A stretch of 64,000 bases of DNA from Planctomycetota bacterium (GCA_965228735.1 OZ245838.1:1600001-1664000), one strand, 5' to 3'; positions 51,069 through 63,459 are shown, counted from the stretch's first letter. Numbers and translations are program-made. The notes: generated by a model from the letters alone, not told the origin.

Positions 51069-52102
51069 AGCCGCGCGTCGCCGTCATCGTCCTCAACTGG
51101 AACGGTCTCGACGACACGATCGAGGCGATCGATTCGCTGCTCGCGCAGGACTACGGCGACGAGGTCGCGATCCACGTCGTGGACAACGCGTCGGACAACG
51201 GCGAGGCCGCGGCGCTGCTGGCGCGCTTCGGGGACGGGATCACGCTCTACGAGAACGGTGACAACCTCGGCTTCACGGGCGGCAACCACACCGCGATGCG
51301 GCCGCTCGTCGACGGTGGCGAGGTGGACTACGTCGCGCTGCTCAACAACGACGCCGCGGCCGACCCGGCCTGGGTGAGCGCGCTCGTCGAGTGCGCCGAG
51401 ACCGATCCGGCGATCGGCATCGTCGCGAGCACGATGCTCTACTTCGACGATCCGACGGTGATCGAGAACACCGGCGTCGTGCTGCTGCGCAGCGGTGAGG
51501 GCATGCCCCGCGATCGCGGCAAACCGGCAGCCCATGCCGAACGCGCGAACCGCACGCCGATCGGCGCGTGCGGTGGCGCGGTGCTCTACCGCGCCACGAT
51601 GCTGCGCGAGATCGGGCTGTTCGAGGAGGACTTCTTCGCCAACTTCGAGGACGTCGAGCTGTCCTTGCGGGCGCTCGCCCGCGGCTGGGACGTGCGGTTC
51701 GAGCCGCGCGCGAAGGTTCGCCACAAGCTGTCGCGCAGCATCGACAAGGTGCGCGACGAGGCGTTCATGCTGCGCAGCCAGCGCAATCTGCTCTGGGCGA
51801 ACGCCACGCGGCTGCCCTGGCAGGCCCTGTTGCTCAACCTGCCGGCGATCCTCGTGGCCCACATCGCGTTGCTGCTGCTCGCGCCGTTCGTCGGGCAGCG
51901 CCAGATGGCGCGCGTGATCTGGCGTTCCCGCGTCCAGCTGTGGCGGGATCGCGGCGAGGTGCTCGCCGAACGCCGCCGCTTCCGCCCGCTCCGCCGCGCC
52001 CCGTGGCACCGGATCTGGTGGCGCCAGAGCGGCTTCCTGCCGTACTACGTCCGTTCGTTCCTCGACGTGGTCGTGCGCAAGAAGCGCCGATTCTTCGAGT
52101 GA
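51065..52102 (+). CDS. glycosyltransferase family 2 (WbbL-like)
   Basis: VIVLNWNG, VDNAS, NLGFTGGN, LLNND, FEDVELSLR. Confidence 0.92.
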   Translation: MKPRVAVIVLNWNGLDDTIEAIDSLLAQDYGDEVAIHVVDNASDNGEAAALLARFGDGITLYENGDNLGFTGGNHTAMRPLVDGGEVDYVALLNNDAAADPAWVSALVECAETDPAIGIVASTMLYFDDPTVIENTGVVLLRSGEGMPRDRGKPAAHAERANRTPIGACGGAVLYRATMLREIGLFEEDFFANFEDVELSLRALARGWDVRFEPRAKVRHKLSRSIDKVRDEAFMLRSQRNLLWANATRLPWQALLLNLPAILVAHIALLLLAPFVGQRQMARVIWRSRVQLWRDRGEVLAERRRFRPLRRAPWHRIWWRQSGFLPYYVRSFLDVVVRKKRRFFE

Positions 52103-52115
52103 CGCCCCGGCGGGT

Positions 52116-52967
52116 TCACGCCTTGCGCGCCCGGAACACGATCGGCCACATGTGGCCCTCGCGGTACGGGTTGTTGTTGCTCACGATGCCCTGGTTGGGG
52201 TCGTAGAGCAGGCCGATCTCGACCGTGGCGAAGCCGGCTGCGCGGATGTCGTCGAGCAGGGGCCAGCCGTGGTGGTTGAACACGAGGCTGCCCTTCTTCG
52301 ACATCGGGTTGCCGTGGTAGGCCGGCTCGAGGTGGTGCACGAGTTCGCCGTCCAGGACCTCGGCCCGCACGAGGTGCTCTTCGAGGTCGTAGAACGGCGC
52401 GCTCATGATCAGCTGACCGCCCGGCCGCAGCACGCGCGCACACTCGCGCAGCGCCTGCCGGTGATCCGGCACGTGCTCGAGCACGTCACCGTGGAAGACG
52501 ACGTCGAGTTCGGCGTCCTGGAACGACAGCTGCTGCAGGTCCTCGTGCCGCACGTCCTGACCGTGAACGCGCCGCACCTCGCCAGGCCGACAGTCCGGGC
52601 CGAGAAACTCGCTGCCCGTGACGAACGCGAACTCGGCCTGCACGCGCTGGAACAGCGGCGTGATCTGTTCCAACAGCAGCGCTCGCGGTGGCGGCCCGGC
52701 AACGAGCGCACCGAGCGTGGTGCGCAGCAGCCAGAGCATCGTGCGGCCGCGACCGCTGAGACCACACCCGGGGCAGAGGAAAGCCTCGCGCAGATCGATC
52801 CACTCGTTCGACCTCGGCAACGTGAAACCGGTCATCGCGTCACACGCGACGCAGTAGCCCTCTGCCTTGGGGCGTCGCGCGAGCTCGCCCTCCACGCGCA
52901 TGCGCATCGGTGTCAGCTCTGCCGTGGCCGCTTCGAAAGCCGCGCGATTCGAGAACCATCGAAACAT
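52116..52967 (-). CDS. class I SAM-dependent methyltransferase with N-terminal Cys motif
   Basis: CVAC...CPGCG, EDLQQLSF, DVLEHVPD, RVLRPGG. Confidence 0.88.
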   Translation of the reverse strand: MFRWFSNRAAFEAATAELTPMRMRVEGELARRPKAEGYCVACDAMTGFTLPRSNEWIDLREAFLCPGCGLSGRGRTMLWLLRTTLGALVAGPPPRALLLEQITPLFQRVQAEFAFVTGSEFLGPDCRPGEVRRVHGQDVRHEDLQQLSFQDAELDVVFHGDVLEHVPDHRQALRECARVLRPGGQLIMSAPFYDLEEHLVRAEVLDGELVHHLEPAYHGNPMSKKGSLVFNHHGWPLLDDIRAAGFATVEIGLLYDPNQGIVSNNNPYREGHMWPIVFRARKA

Positions 52968-52971
52968 CGGA

Positions 52972-53736
52972 TCAGGTCGGACTCGCCGCGGGCTGCGGCG
53001 CGGAGTTGAGGGCCGCGATGTATTGGCTGCAGACGTCCGCCACGGCACCGAACGCGAGCAACCGCCCCTGGTCGATCCAGGCAGCCTTCTTGCAGATGCG
53101 CTGCACCTGATCGATGCCGTGCGAGACGAGCAGGAACGTGCACCCCCGGTCGATGAACCGCCGGATCGCCTTCTCGGACTTCGACGTGAACCCGGCGTCA
53201 CCGACAGCGAACACCTCGTCGATGAGCAGGATCTCGGGGTCGATGTGGGCGATGACCGCGAACCCGAGGCGCGCGTACATGCCCGACGAATAGGTCATCA
53301 GCGGCGCGTGCACGTAGTCCCCGATATCGGCGAACGCGATGATGTCGTCGAGGCGTTCCTCGACCTCCTCGCGCTGCAGACCGAGCAGCGCCGCGTTGAG
53401 GTAGATGTTCTCGATCCCCGTGAGGTCCGGGTGGAACCCGGCGCCGAGCTCGAGCAAGGAACCGACCCGGCCGTCGACCTGCACGGTGCCGCTCGTCGGG
53501 TACATCGTGCCGGCGATGATCGACAGCAGCGTGGTCTTGCCGGACCCGTTGTTGCCGATGATGCCGACGCTGTCGCCGGGCTCGATGTCGAGGTTGATGT
53601 CGCGCAGCGCCCAGTGCTCCTTCACGGTAGGCGCCTTGCTGCGCAACCGGTCGAGCACGAGGCGCGCGAGGAAGCCACTGCCGGACTGGATCCGGAACCG
53701 CTTCTCGACGTTCGTGAGCTTGATCGAACCAGCCAT
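52972..53736 (-). CDS. wzt: polysaccharide ABC exporter ATPase
   Basis: WALRDINL, GNNGSGKTT, ELGAGFHPDLTG.EN, YSSGMYARLGFA. Confidence 0.92.
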   Translation of the reverse strand: MAGSIKLTNVEKRFRIQSGSGFLARLVLDRLRSKAPTVKEHWALRDINLDIEPGDSVGIIGNNGSGKTTLLSIIAGTMYPTSGTVQVDGRVGSLLELGAGFHPDLTGIENIYLNAALLGLQREEVEERLDDIIAFADIGDYVHAPLMTYSSGMYARLGFAVIAHIDPEILLIDEVFAVGDAGFTSKSEKAIRRFIDRGCTFLLVSHGIDQVQRICKKAAWIDQGRLLAFGAVADVCSQYIAALNSAPQPAASPT

Positions 53737-54545
53737 CAGATGAGGTCCGCGAACTCCTTCTCGTGCACCCAGAACGCGCGCACCCCGACGGCGCCGATGA
53801 TCAGCGTGCCGACCAGGGTCATGGCGAGCACCGTCCAGTCGGGTGGACGGCCGTAGAACAGGATGTTGCGATACGAATCGAGCAGGCCGGAGACCGGGTT
53901 GGCGTGGTAGGCCCACCAGACCCACTCGGGGAGTTCGCCAGCCGCGATCTGGTTCCCCAGCTCGAGGGACGCGTCGTAGAGGATCGGACTGGTCCAGAAG
54001 AGCACCACGAGGACCGACTCGACGATGTACTGCATGTCGCGGTACTTCGTCTGCAGCGCCGAGACCAGGAACCCGACCCCGAAGCTCAGCCCGATCTGCA
54101 GCACGAAGATCGGCCCGAGCCAGACCAGGTTGCCCGTGAGCGTCGGGTGGTTCTTCGGGATCACCAGCAGCCCGAGCACGACGAGCGCGAACGGCAGCGG
54201 GAACTGGATGACGTGCGTGAGCACGACCGACACGGGCAGGATCTGCCGCGGGAACGCCACCTTCTTGACGAGGTTGACGTTCTCCCGGATCGCGCCCGTG
54301 CAGCCGGACAGGCAGACCACGAACAGGTTGTACGGCACGAGCGTCACGAGGATGCTCGCCGCGACGCTGAACTCCTGTTTGAAGATCACCACCCACACCG
54401 TCGTCAGCACGGTGACGAGCACGAGCGGATTCACCACCGACCACAGGAACCCCAGCGCCATGTTGCGGTACTGGACCTTGAGGTTCTTGCTCACCAGGTT
54501 CTGGAGGATGAACCGGAAGCGGTAGAGGTCGAGGAGGGTCTGCAT
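53736..54545 (-). CDS. wzm: polysaccharide ABC exporter permease
   Basis: LKVQYRNMALGFLWSVVNPL, LVKKVAFPR, YRDM, NP, FADLI. Confidence 0.92.
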   Translation of the reverse strand: MQTLLDLYRFRFILQNLVSKNLKVQYRNMALGFLWSVVNPLVLVTVLTTVWVVIFKQEFSVAASILVTLVPYNLFVVCLSGCTGAIRENVNLVKKVAFPRQILPVSVVLTHVIQFPLPFALVVLGLLVIPKNHPTLTGNLVWLGPIFVLQIGLSFGVGFLVSALQTKYRDMQYIVESVLVVLFWTSPILYDASLELGNQIAAGELPEWVWWAYHANPVSGLLDSYRNILFYGRPPDWTVLAMTLVGTLIIGAVGVRAFWVHEKEFADLI

Positions 54546-54602
54546 CCTGTGGGAAGCGGAAAGACGATAGCCCCGCGATCGCCGGGGTCACGCGTTGATC
54601 GG

Positions 54603-56590
54603 TCAGCCCGGGAGTCGCAGGTTCTGCCACCGACCCCGCGCGCGGTCGAGCACGAGCACGGCGAGCTCGGAGCCGAGCTTCTGCAGGTCGGCGGGCACGT
54701 CGACGCGCATGCCGCAGAACAGCGCCGAACCGTCACCCTCGGCCTGCGCGACGTCGGGCCGTTCGAGCCGTGAGTACGGCTGCAGATGACGCGGCCGGAA
54801 GCGCCCGTCGGTCTGGCGCTCCGCGAGGCACACGACGGCCGGCGGAGTGCCCGTGCTCGCGAGCACGAGCCACCCCGAGACCTGTTCGACGTCGCCGGCC
54901 GGCCCGCGACGGACCTCGTCGACGCCCGCCCGATAGTCCGTCGACTCGGCCTCGATCGCGCCCTCGGGCAGCGCTTCGGCTCGCGCACTGCGGCTCTCGC
55001 TCAGGACCCGCCGGTGCAGCCACGTCACGGTCGCGCCCGTTGTATTCTCGCAGTCCCAACGCAGCCAGCATGCCCCGAGTGCCGGCAGCCCACCGGTGGG
55101 CAACGCGGCCTCCGCGTCGAGCAGGCGGACCCCTGCCGGCAGTGACTCGTCGAGCACCACGGGGCGGCCGTCGAGACGAGCGTAGCGCGGACTCTCGAAC
55201 GCGATCGCCGCCTCGTCCGGCGGACGCCAGGCGAACACGAACCGCGCGCCCGTCGCCTCGAGCTCCGCGATCGCACCGGCGAGGCCGCCCTGCCGTTCGC
55301 CGAGACCGAGGATGTCGCGAGGGTCGAGCACGAGAACGAGCTCGCCCGGCGCACCCGGCCAACGCCGAAGTGCGTCGGCGGGCCGCATGGTCCCGAGGAA
55401 GGCGAGCACCGCGACGTCGCAGCTGCTGTCCTGCTGCGCCGTCGGACCGGCCTCCGCCAGCGCGAGCTCCTGCAACCGAACGTCCCATGGCCCGCCGCAC
55501 CCGACGCGCGGCTCAGGCGCACCGTCGGACCGCAGCCGCAGCAGCACGGTGCGCAGCGCCCGCACACCGACGCTCGCGGGCAGGTACGGACACTCCGACG
55601 GATACCGCACGACGAACGCGCCACCAGCTTCCGGGCCGTAGAAGCCCGAGTACGGCCAGTAGCGCAGGAAGCGGCGGTACCGCCCGAGCAGCACGAGACC
55701 GGGCCGGCCGGTCGCGTTGGCGATATGCGCGACGCTGCTGTCGATGCCAATGAAGAGCGCCGCGTCCTGCACGACCTCGATGAGCTCGAGGATGCCCGTG
55801 CTGCCAGCGACGTCGCGCACGCGCGGATCGTCCGGCAACCAGTCCGCTCGTCGCACGCCGACGTGCACGACGTCGAACTCGCTCTCCGCGAGCAGCGTCG
55901 CGACGAGTTCGCGCCAGCCGTCCGCGTGCCAGTTGCGCGCGGACTCCTCGGACTCGCTGTGGACGACGACGTACGGCCGCTGCGATCTCGCGGGCCCCGG
56001 ACTATCGAGCACTGGTCGATCGAGCACCGGTCTGCCGAGATCCGGTCTCGCGAGCATGGGCGCCGAATCCCCGAACGGCAGCCCACCCGCCAGCGCAAAC
56101 GCCCGAGCGAGCGGCCCGTGATCGTAGTAGTCCTCGGTATCCGGCCCGTCGCCGCCCGCGAGGTTGCGCCACGGTTCGCCGCAGCACGCGCAGGTCTTGC
56201 CGTTGAGGTTGAGATCGAAGACCTGCCAGTCACCGAGTGCCGGCACGGCATCGGCGAGTTCGCCGTAGCACTCGACCGCGACGAAGTCGGCGATGCCCGG
56301 CACGAGCAACGCGAGCTCGCGGTAGCGAGCGCGGCCGAACCAGGCGAACCGCAGATCCGGGTGCTGCGTCCGCAACTCGGCAACGATCGCGCTCGCCGCC
56401 ACCATGTCGCCGAGCCGTTCGAGCAGCAGAACCGCCGCCGGACGAACGCCGTCCCGATCACAGGCCGCCGCGAATGCCGCCGCCGATCGCTCTACGCGAT
56501 GAACGTGGCGTCGCCGCCGCGCCCGCCCCCGATACCGCTGCACGGCCGCGTAGATCGGGTCGAGGAAGCGCCGCCCGATGGAGCGCAGGC

Positions 56591-56594
<4 letters not shown>
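54603..56594 (-). CDS. GT9 glycosyltransferase with a large C-terminal extension
   Basis: ERLGDMV, ARNW, FIGIDSSVAHIANA; then FESPRYARLDGRPV and VSGW...RPDVA segments. Confidence 0.8.
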
Positions 56595-57828
<1,234 letters not shown>

Positions 57829-57832
<4 letters not shown>

Positions 57833-58875
57833 CGTCCCCCTTCCGCATGCCACAGGCCATCCGCCTGCAGCGCCTCCACGATGGCGACCGTCACGGCCCG
57901 CGCCGAGTTCGTCGCGATCATCTGCCGCGCCCCCCGGATCGAGACGGCGCGGTCGCCGTCGCCGTTCACCAGCCGCGCCATCGCCAAGACGAGCGCGTCC
58001 GGGTCCGCGCCGATGCGCTGCAGGTGCGGCGGCTCGTCCTGGCCGAACGGCCGCGGCTCGAGACCACCGAGCACGAGCGCCGGACGCGCCGCGAACAACC
58101 CGGCGGCCGCGCTCCACGGCACGGTCCCCGGCGCGGCGCCAGCAACGATCTCGCAGTCCGCGAGCGCCGCGAAGCCGGCGAACGCCAGCCCCGAGCTCGG
58201 CCGGATCGCGGTCACGAGCGCGTCGCAGCGCAGCTCGTCCGCGAGTTCCCGCCATGGCAGGAGATCGGCGTCGCGAGCCGCGGAGACGAGCACGGTCGCC
58301 TTCGCGAACCGCGTCGCGGATGCCGCGAAGAACTCCCGCACGGCGGTGCGCAGCACGTCGAGTTCGGACGTCTCGACCGCAGTGGTCGGATGCATGCCGA
58401 ACACGAAGTCCTCGTCGCGCACCCGGTAGGCCGCGCGCGCATGGTGGCGGACCCGGCCGAACTGACACGCGATACCGATGCAGTGCGCCACCGCGCCACC
58501 GGCCCGCAGGGCTTGCGCGAATCCCGGCGAGCCCGTCCAGGTACTGCGCGCGCGTCGCGCGACCTCGAGCCAGCACCTCGCGTCTTCGCCGCGAACGATC
58601 GGCACGAGGACCGCCGGTACCTTCACGCGCTCGAGCAAGGCGGGCGCATCCGCGAGCGAGGCGGCAACGACGATGGCGCCGCGACCGTCGAGCTCCGCGC
58701 TCTCCGCCTGTCCGGCTCCGAGCGAACCGTCCTGAACGTCGTAGCCCGCCAGCCGCAGGGCGTGCTCCACGCCGCGGGCGAACGCGTCCTCCGCGCCATC
58801 GAGTCCCGCACCGCGAACGAAACCGAAGTCGAGCACGCTCGCACCGACGCCGTGACCCGGGACCGTAGCCGTCAT
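57829..58875 (-). CDS. hypothetical protein, possibly a degenerate GT-B/GT4 fold
   Basis: Overlap-coupled on both sides; Rossmann-like pattern without a clear EX7E motif. Confidence 0.6.
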
Positions 58876-61800
58876 CCGCGCGTCCTCTCCGCGTCGAGCG
58901 CGTTCTTGGTGGCCTGCAGGAACGCGTGGCCGTAGGTGTCGTCGGGCTCGAGATAGGCCGCCTCGGCCCACTCGTTCCAGGCGTTGACGAACATGATCCG
59001 CTCGTCGCCGACGAGGAAGCGCCGGGTGTCCTCGAGCGCGAACTCGAGCCACGTCTGGTACTCCGCAGGCCCGGAGTTCACGAACGCGTGCGAGTCGTTG
59101 CGCCGCCGCGCGGTGTTGTCCCAGCCGGGCATGACGCAGCGAAAGCGCTTGTAGCTCGGCAGATCGCGCGTGCAGAACGCTTCGACCACGCGGCGGTAGT
59201 CGTGCACGACGCCCTGATACTCGGGGTCGCGCTGACTGCTCGGGAGATCGACCGGCTGCCCGCACTCGTGCGGCGGGAACTCGACGCTCGCATCGAAGCC
59301 GTGTTCGCGCGGGTCCCAGCTGCGCCGCATGAGCTCGTGCGACTCGACCGCGACGACGTAGATCGCACCGATCCCGCGCCGGCGACACTCCTCACGCCAG
59401 AAGTCGATCGTGCGGCGGGAGTCCGGCAGCAGCAGCGGGGAGTAGACGAGCACGATCGGCGCACCGTTCACCCGCGCATAGGCCGGATGCTCGAAGTAAC
59501 GGATGAAGTCGTCGATGACCGCCCGGTCGTTGTCCTGGCTGTAGTCCTGCTCGAGCAGCACGTGCTGCGCCTGCCCGTCCCACTGCCGCGTCCAGTTCTC
59601 GTTCGCCCAGCACACGAGAAACGGCAACGTCCAGTCGCGATCCGCGGCGACCTGCTCGACGGGCATCTCGAGGATGCGCCGCCCGCCGAGCCGGTAGTAG
59701 TAGAACGCGAACCCGCCGATGCCGTAGCGCTCCGCGAGCTGGGCCTGCTGCTGCATGATGCCCGGCGTCCGCAGGTCGTAGTAGCCGAGCCCCCCGGGAC
59801 GCCGCGGCTGCCGGTGACCGCGGAACCGCGGCCGGGCCCGGGCGACGTTGCGCCACTCGGTGAACCCTTCGCCCCACCACCGGTCGTTCTCCGCGACGGG
59901 ATGGAACTGCGGCAGGTAGAACGCGAACAGCCGCACGGCGTCGCGCAGCGCGAGGTCCTCACCCCAACGCTCGACGAGCCGTTGCTGGTGGCGATGCGCG
60001 AGCGCGAGCTTGTTGCGTTGCCCCGTCGATTGCGTCGTCTTGCTCAGGTGATGCACCACGGTCGACAGCGGCTCGTAGAGCACGCGGCGGCCATCGGCCT
60101 GCATCTTGAGACAGAGATCGGCGTCCTCGCAGTAGGCCGGTGCGTAGCGCTCGTCGAACCCACCGAGCCGCGCGAAGTCCGACCGCCGGAACGCCACCGC
60201 GGCCGCCGACGCGTAGTCGACGAAGCGCGCGTAGGAGAACCGTTCGGCCGTCGGGTCCTCGAACAACCCGACCATGTCGCCCGCACCGTCGGAGCGCAGC
60301 CGCCCGCCGGCCTCCTGCAACACACCCTGGGGGAACAGGAGCTTCGGGCCGACGATCCCGATGGTCGGATCGTTGAGCCGTTCGAGCAGCGGCTCGAGCC
60401 AGCCAGCGACCACCTGGGTGTCGCTGTTGAGCAATGCGATCACCGCGGCCCGCGCCTCACCGACGCCGCGGTTGCACGTGCGGCCGAAGCCCTGCTGTTC
60501 GTCCTGGCGCACGTACCGCAGGTTGGTCATGCCGGCGAGACACTCCTGCGTCGCCGCGCTCGACGCGTCGTCGACGATCACCACCTCGTACGGAAGGACG
60601 GTGTGCTGTACGATCGAGCCGAGGCACTCGAGCGTCACGTGCAGTTCGTCATGGACCGGAATGACGATGCTCACGGCCGGCTGCCGCGCGCGCTTCAGCT
60701 GGCCGTCGATCCGGCGCGCGGCCGCCGGCAGGTCATCCGCGTCGACGCGGACGAGCTTGGGCGCCGCGGGCGACCACGCTCGGCGCACGTCCCGCCGGCG
60801 ACCCGCGATGTAGTCGCGGAAGCTCTCGAACTCCGCCCAGTGATCGACCGCGGCGTCGATGCCGGACGCCTCAGGGATCGCTTCGTTCTCGGCGGCCTCG
60901 GCCGCGGCATCGGGCGAATAGCTCCATTCCCCCTCGGCCAACGCCTTGCTGCCGGCCCGCAGGTCGGGATGCGGCGCGCGCCACTCGTCGGCGCCGTGCA
61001 GCACGTAGTGCAGCAAGGGACTCATGTCCGCCGTGCCGACGTCGGGGTACTGGCGCAGGTAGAACTCCGGATCGAACAGCCGACCCGGCCGCCGACCCTC
61101 GCGCCAACCCTGCACGGCGTAGTGTACGGCGCACAGGGTGTCGCTGAATTCCGAGACGTCGTAGTAGGTGCGGCGGTAGAACTGCGGGTCGAACAGCCCG
61201 TTCGTCGCGCGGATCGAGCGCGCGACCTTGGGGCGCAGTCGGTGCGCCCACAGAGCAGCGCGCGATGCGGTGCGACCGAGCGCGGCGACGACCCGCCGTG
61301 GCAGCGGCTGCATCGTGTTGCTCGGCCCGGCAGCGCCCTTGAGCGGGTTGCCCGTGACCCCGAGCGCGCGGGCGAGTCCACGAACCCGCGCTCGCAGCCC
61401 GCTCATCGCCGACCCACCGGTGGACTCCCCGCCCGCCGTCGGCCGCGCCGGCGGCATTGCCGGGATCGTGACCGTCTTCGCGGGCTCGGGACCCGCGCGA
61501 TCGACTCGCTCCCGCAACCGCGCGACCTCGGCCTCGGCCTTGGCAGCGCGCTCGCGCAGCTGCGCGATCATCGTCGACACACCCGGATCGCGGATCTCGT
61601 AGACCGCACTCTCGCCGGTGTAGGCATGCGCCTCGCCACCGAACGTCGTATCGAGCAGAGCGCTGCCCAGCAGCGGCGGCAACGGCGCATCCGACGCGAA
61701 CGCGATCGAGTACATCAGCGCGTCGAGATCGCGCTCGAAGTGGAACGCACCGTCGGCCTCGTGCCGCTCGATGAACGTGACTGCCCCGCCACCGCTCGCA

Positions 61801-62396
61801 CTCAGCAGTGACATGTACAATGCCTGCTGCTGCGCGAGTTCGACGTGCGCGAAGTGCTCCGCGAGCAGCGCCCGGAACTCCTCCTTCTCGAGTTCTTCCT
61901 CGTGGAAGTGGTTGTCGTCGTGATGCGCGTTGTAGGGCGTGCGGTTGGGCGACGAGGCGATCAGCATCCCGCCGGGCGCGAGTACGCGTTTGACCTCGCG
62001 CAGGAACTCCTGCTGCTCGTGGATGTGCTCGATCGTCTCGAAGCTCACGACGCAGTCGACCGAGTCATCGCCGAGCGGCAGGCTGCCGCACGCCGCCGCG
62101 AGGAAGTCGAGGTTGTCACGCCCGCCGTACTTCCGGCTGGCGAGCACGACGGTCTCGCGGTCGATGTCCGCGCCGTAGACGTGCGCGGCCGCCTGCGCGA
62201 GCATGAACGAGCCGTAGCCCTCACCGCACGCGATGTCGAGCACGCGCTTGCCGCGCACGGCTGCCGCCGCCGCGAGGTAGCGGTGGTAGTGCTCCAGACC
62301 CGTCGAGCTTCGCGTGATGCTCGGCAGGAACCGCTCCCCCGTGTTGGTGAGCTCGGTCCGGCGCTCCGGTGGCAGGATGGGCTTCACGACCTGCAC
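58872..62396 (-). CDS. multidomain methyltransferase / coiled coil / GT2 / GH99-like (WbsX-type) protein
   Basis: GERF..EHYHRY, VLDIACGEGYG; FDPxFY..Y.DV repeats; VVIVDDAS, LLNSD, YCEDAD; AFYLPQFH..ND.WWG.GFTEW, NAWNEWAE.AYLEPD; start uncertain. Confidence 0.9.
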   Translation of the reverse strand: MQVVKPILPPERRTELTNTGERFLPSITRSSTGLEHYHRYLAAAAAVRGKRVLDIACGEGYGSFMLAQAAAHVYGADIDRETVVLASRKYGGRDNLDFLAAACGSLPLGDDSVDCVVSFETIEHIHEQQEFLREVKRVLAPGGMLIASSPNRTPYNAHHDDNHFHEEELEKEEFRALLAEHFAHVELAQQQALYMSLLSASGGGAVTFIERHEADGAFHFERDLDALMYSIAFASDAPLPPLLGSALLDTTFGGEAHAYTGESAVYEIRDPGVSTMIAQLRERAAKAEAEVARLRERVDRAGPEPAKTVTIPAMPPARPTAGGESTGGSAMSGLRARVRGLARALGVTGNPLKGAAGPSNTMQPLPRRVVAALGRTASRAALWAHRLRPKVARSIRATNGLFDPQFYRRTYYDVSEFSDTLCAVHYAVQGWREGRRPGRLFDPEFYLRQYPDVGTADMSPLLHYVLHGADEWRAPHPDLRAGSKALAEGEWSYSPDAAAEAAENEAIPEASGIDAAVDHWAEFESFRDYIAGRRRDVRRAWSPAAPKLVRVDADDLPAAARRIDGQLKRARQPAVSIVIPVHDELHVTLECLGSIVQHTVLPYEVVIVDDASSAATQECLAGMTNLRYVRQDEQQGFGRTCNRGVGEARAAVIALLNSDTQVVAGWLEPLLERLNDPTIGIVGPKLLFPQGVLQEAGGRLRSDGAGDMVGLFEDPTAERFSYARFVDYASAAAVAFRRSDFARLGGFDERYAPAYCEDADLCLKMQADGRRVLYEPLSTVVHHLSKTTQSTGQRNKLALAHRHQQRLVERWGEDLALRDAVRLFAFYLPQFHPVAENDRWWGEGFTEWRNVARARPRFRGHRQPRRPGGLGYYDLRTPGIMQQQAQLAERYGIGGFAFYYYRLGGRRILEMPVEQVAADRDWTLPFLVCWANENWTRQWDGQAQHVLLEQDYSQDNDRAVIDDFIRYFEHPAYARVNGAPIVLVYSPLLLPDSRRTIDFWREECRRRGIGAIYVVAVESHELMRRSWDPREHGFDASVEFPPHECGQPVDLPSSQRDPEYQGVVHDYRRVVEAFCTRDLPSYKRFRCVMPGWDNTARRRNDSHAFVNSGPAEYQTWLEFALEDTRRFLVGDERIMFVNAWNEWAEAAYLEPDDTYGHAFLQATKNALDAERTRG

Positions 62397-62547
62397 CGTA
62401 ACGCCCCCACGCGACCGCCGCGACTGCGCGGGCGCCACGGACCCGGCAAATCTTTCGGCGCCCGCCGGCATTGGCGGTGTGGAGAAAAGCTCCCAGTTCG
62501 CGATTCGGCGCGGCGACGCGCGCCCGCACCCGCACCCGCAGCGCGCG

Positions 62548-63459
62548 TCACATGAACGCCGTGTCGCCGGTCACGCCGACCGTGCGACCGTCGACCTGCT
62601 GGTAGCCGTAGCGCGGCTTCGGCGGCAGCTCGCCGCGGTGCGAGAAGAACGTGTCGTGCTGGTGCACCTGCACCGCCTTGGGCGCGCAGTGGTAGACGAC
62701 GCTCCAGCGCGTCGCCGACGTGTCCTCGGCCGGCAGCCCGCCGTGCGGAGTCTCCGGATGCCAGACCACGACGTCACCCTGCCGGATCTCCGGGACCACC
62801 TGGGTACCCCACTCGGGCGCCTTGCGGATGACCTCGCCGTTGTAGAGCTCGAGCGCATGCATGAGCACGTCGGCATCGCTGGCACCCGGGCACTGCGCCT
62901 TCGCGGTCTCGTGGAACGGCACGGCGTCGAGCTTCTGGCGATGCGCGCCCCGGTAGTAGAACAGCGGCCCCGCCGCCGGACTGACATCGCGCAGCGCGGT
63001 CCAGCAGCCGACGAAGTAACCGTTCGGCCACGTCGCGAAGTGCGGGGTATCGCGATGCACCGGCTGCTGCGTGCCGTACTTGAACGTCAGCGACGAGTAG
63101 ATCCCCGCTTCGCTGCCGAACACGAAGTCCAGCAGCTCCATGATCCGGACGTTGAGCCCGAGCTGCAGCGCGGCGCGCGAGGTGCGGTGGAAGTTCACGA
63201 GGCGCTTCTCACGGCCGAGGTCGTCGAGGTTCTGCGCGACGTAGCGCTGGTTCTTGCGGCAGTAGTCCTCGTAGTCCGCGATCACCTGTTCGCACAGCGC
63301 CGCCGGCTGCATGTCGCGGAGCACGACGAGCCCATCGCGCGAAAGCGACGTCGCCGCCTCCTTCACCCAATCGGGTTGCTTGCTCATCGCGATCCGACGC
63401 TCCGCGTCGGGCGCATCGATCCACAGTGGCGGCAGGAGCGGTTGAGACGGCGTCGCCAT
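62548..63459 (-). CDS. phytanoyl-CoA dioxygenase (PhyH) family Fe/2OG enzyme
   Basis: QPVHRD, WTALRDV..GPL.YY.GAH, GDVVVWH...HGG, TRWS. Confidence 0.88.
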   Translation of the reverse strand: MATPSQPLLPPLWIDAPDAERRIAMSKQPDWVKEAATSLSRDGLVVLRDMQPAALCEQVIADYEDYCRKNQRYVAQNLDDLGREKRLVNFHRTSRAALQLGLNVRIMELLDFVFGSEAGIYSSLTFKYGTQQPVHRDTPHFATWPNGYFVGCWTALRDVSPAAGPLFYYRGAHRQKLDAVPFHETAKAQCPGASDADVLMHALELYNGEVIRKAPEWGTQVVPEIRQGDVVVWHPETPHGGLPAEDTSATRWSVVYHCAPKAVQVHQHDTFFSHRGELPPKPRYGYQQVDGRTVGVTGDTAFM

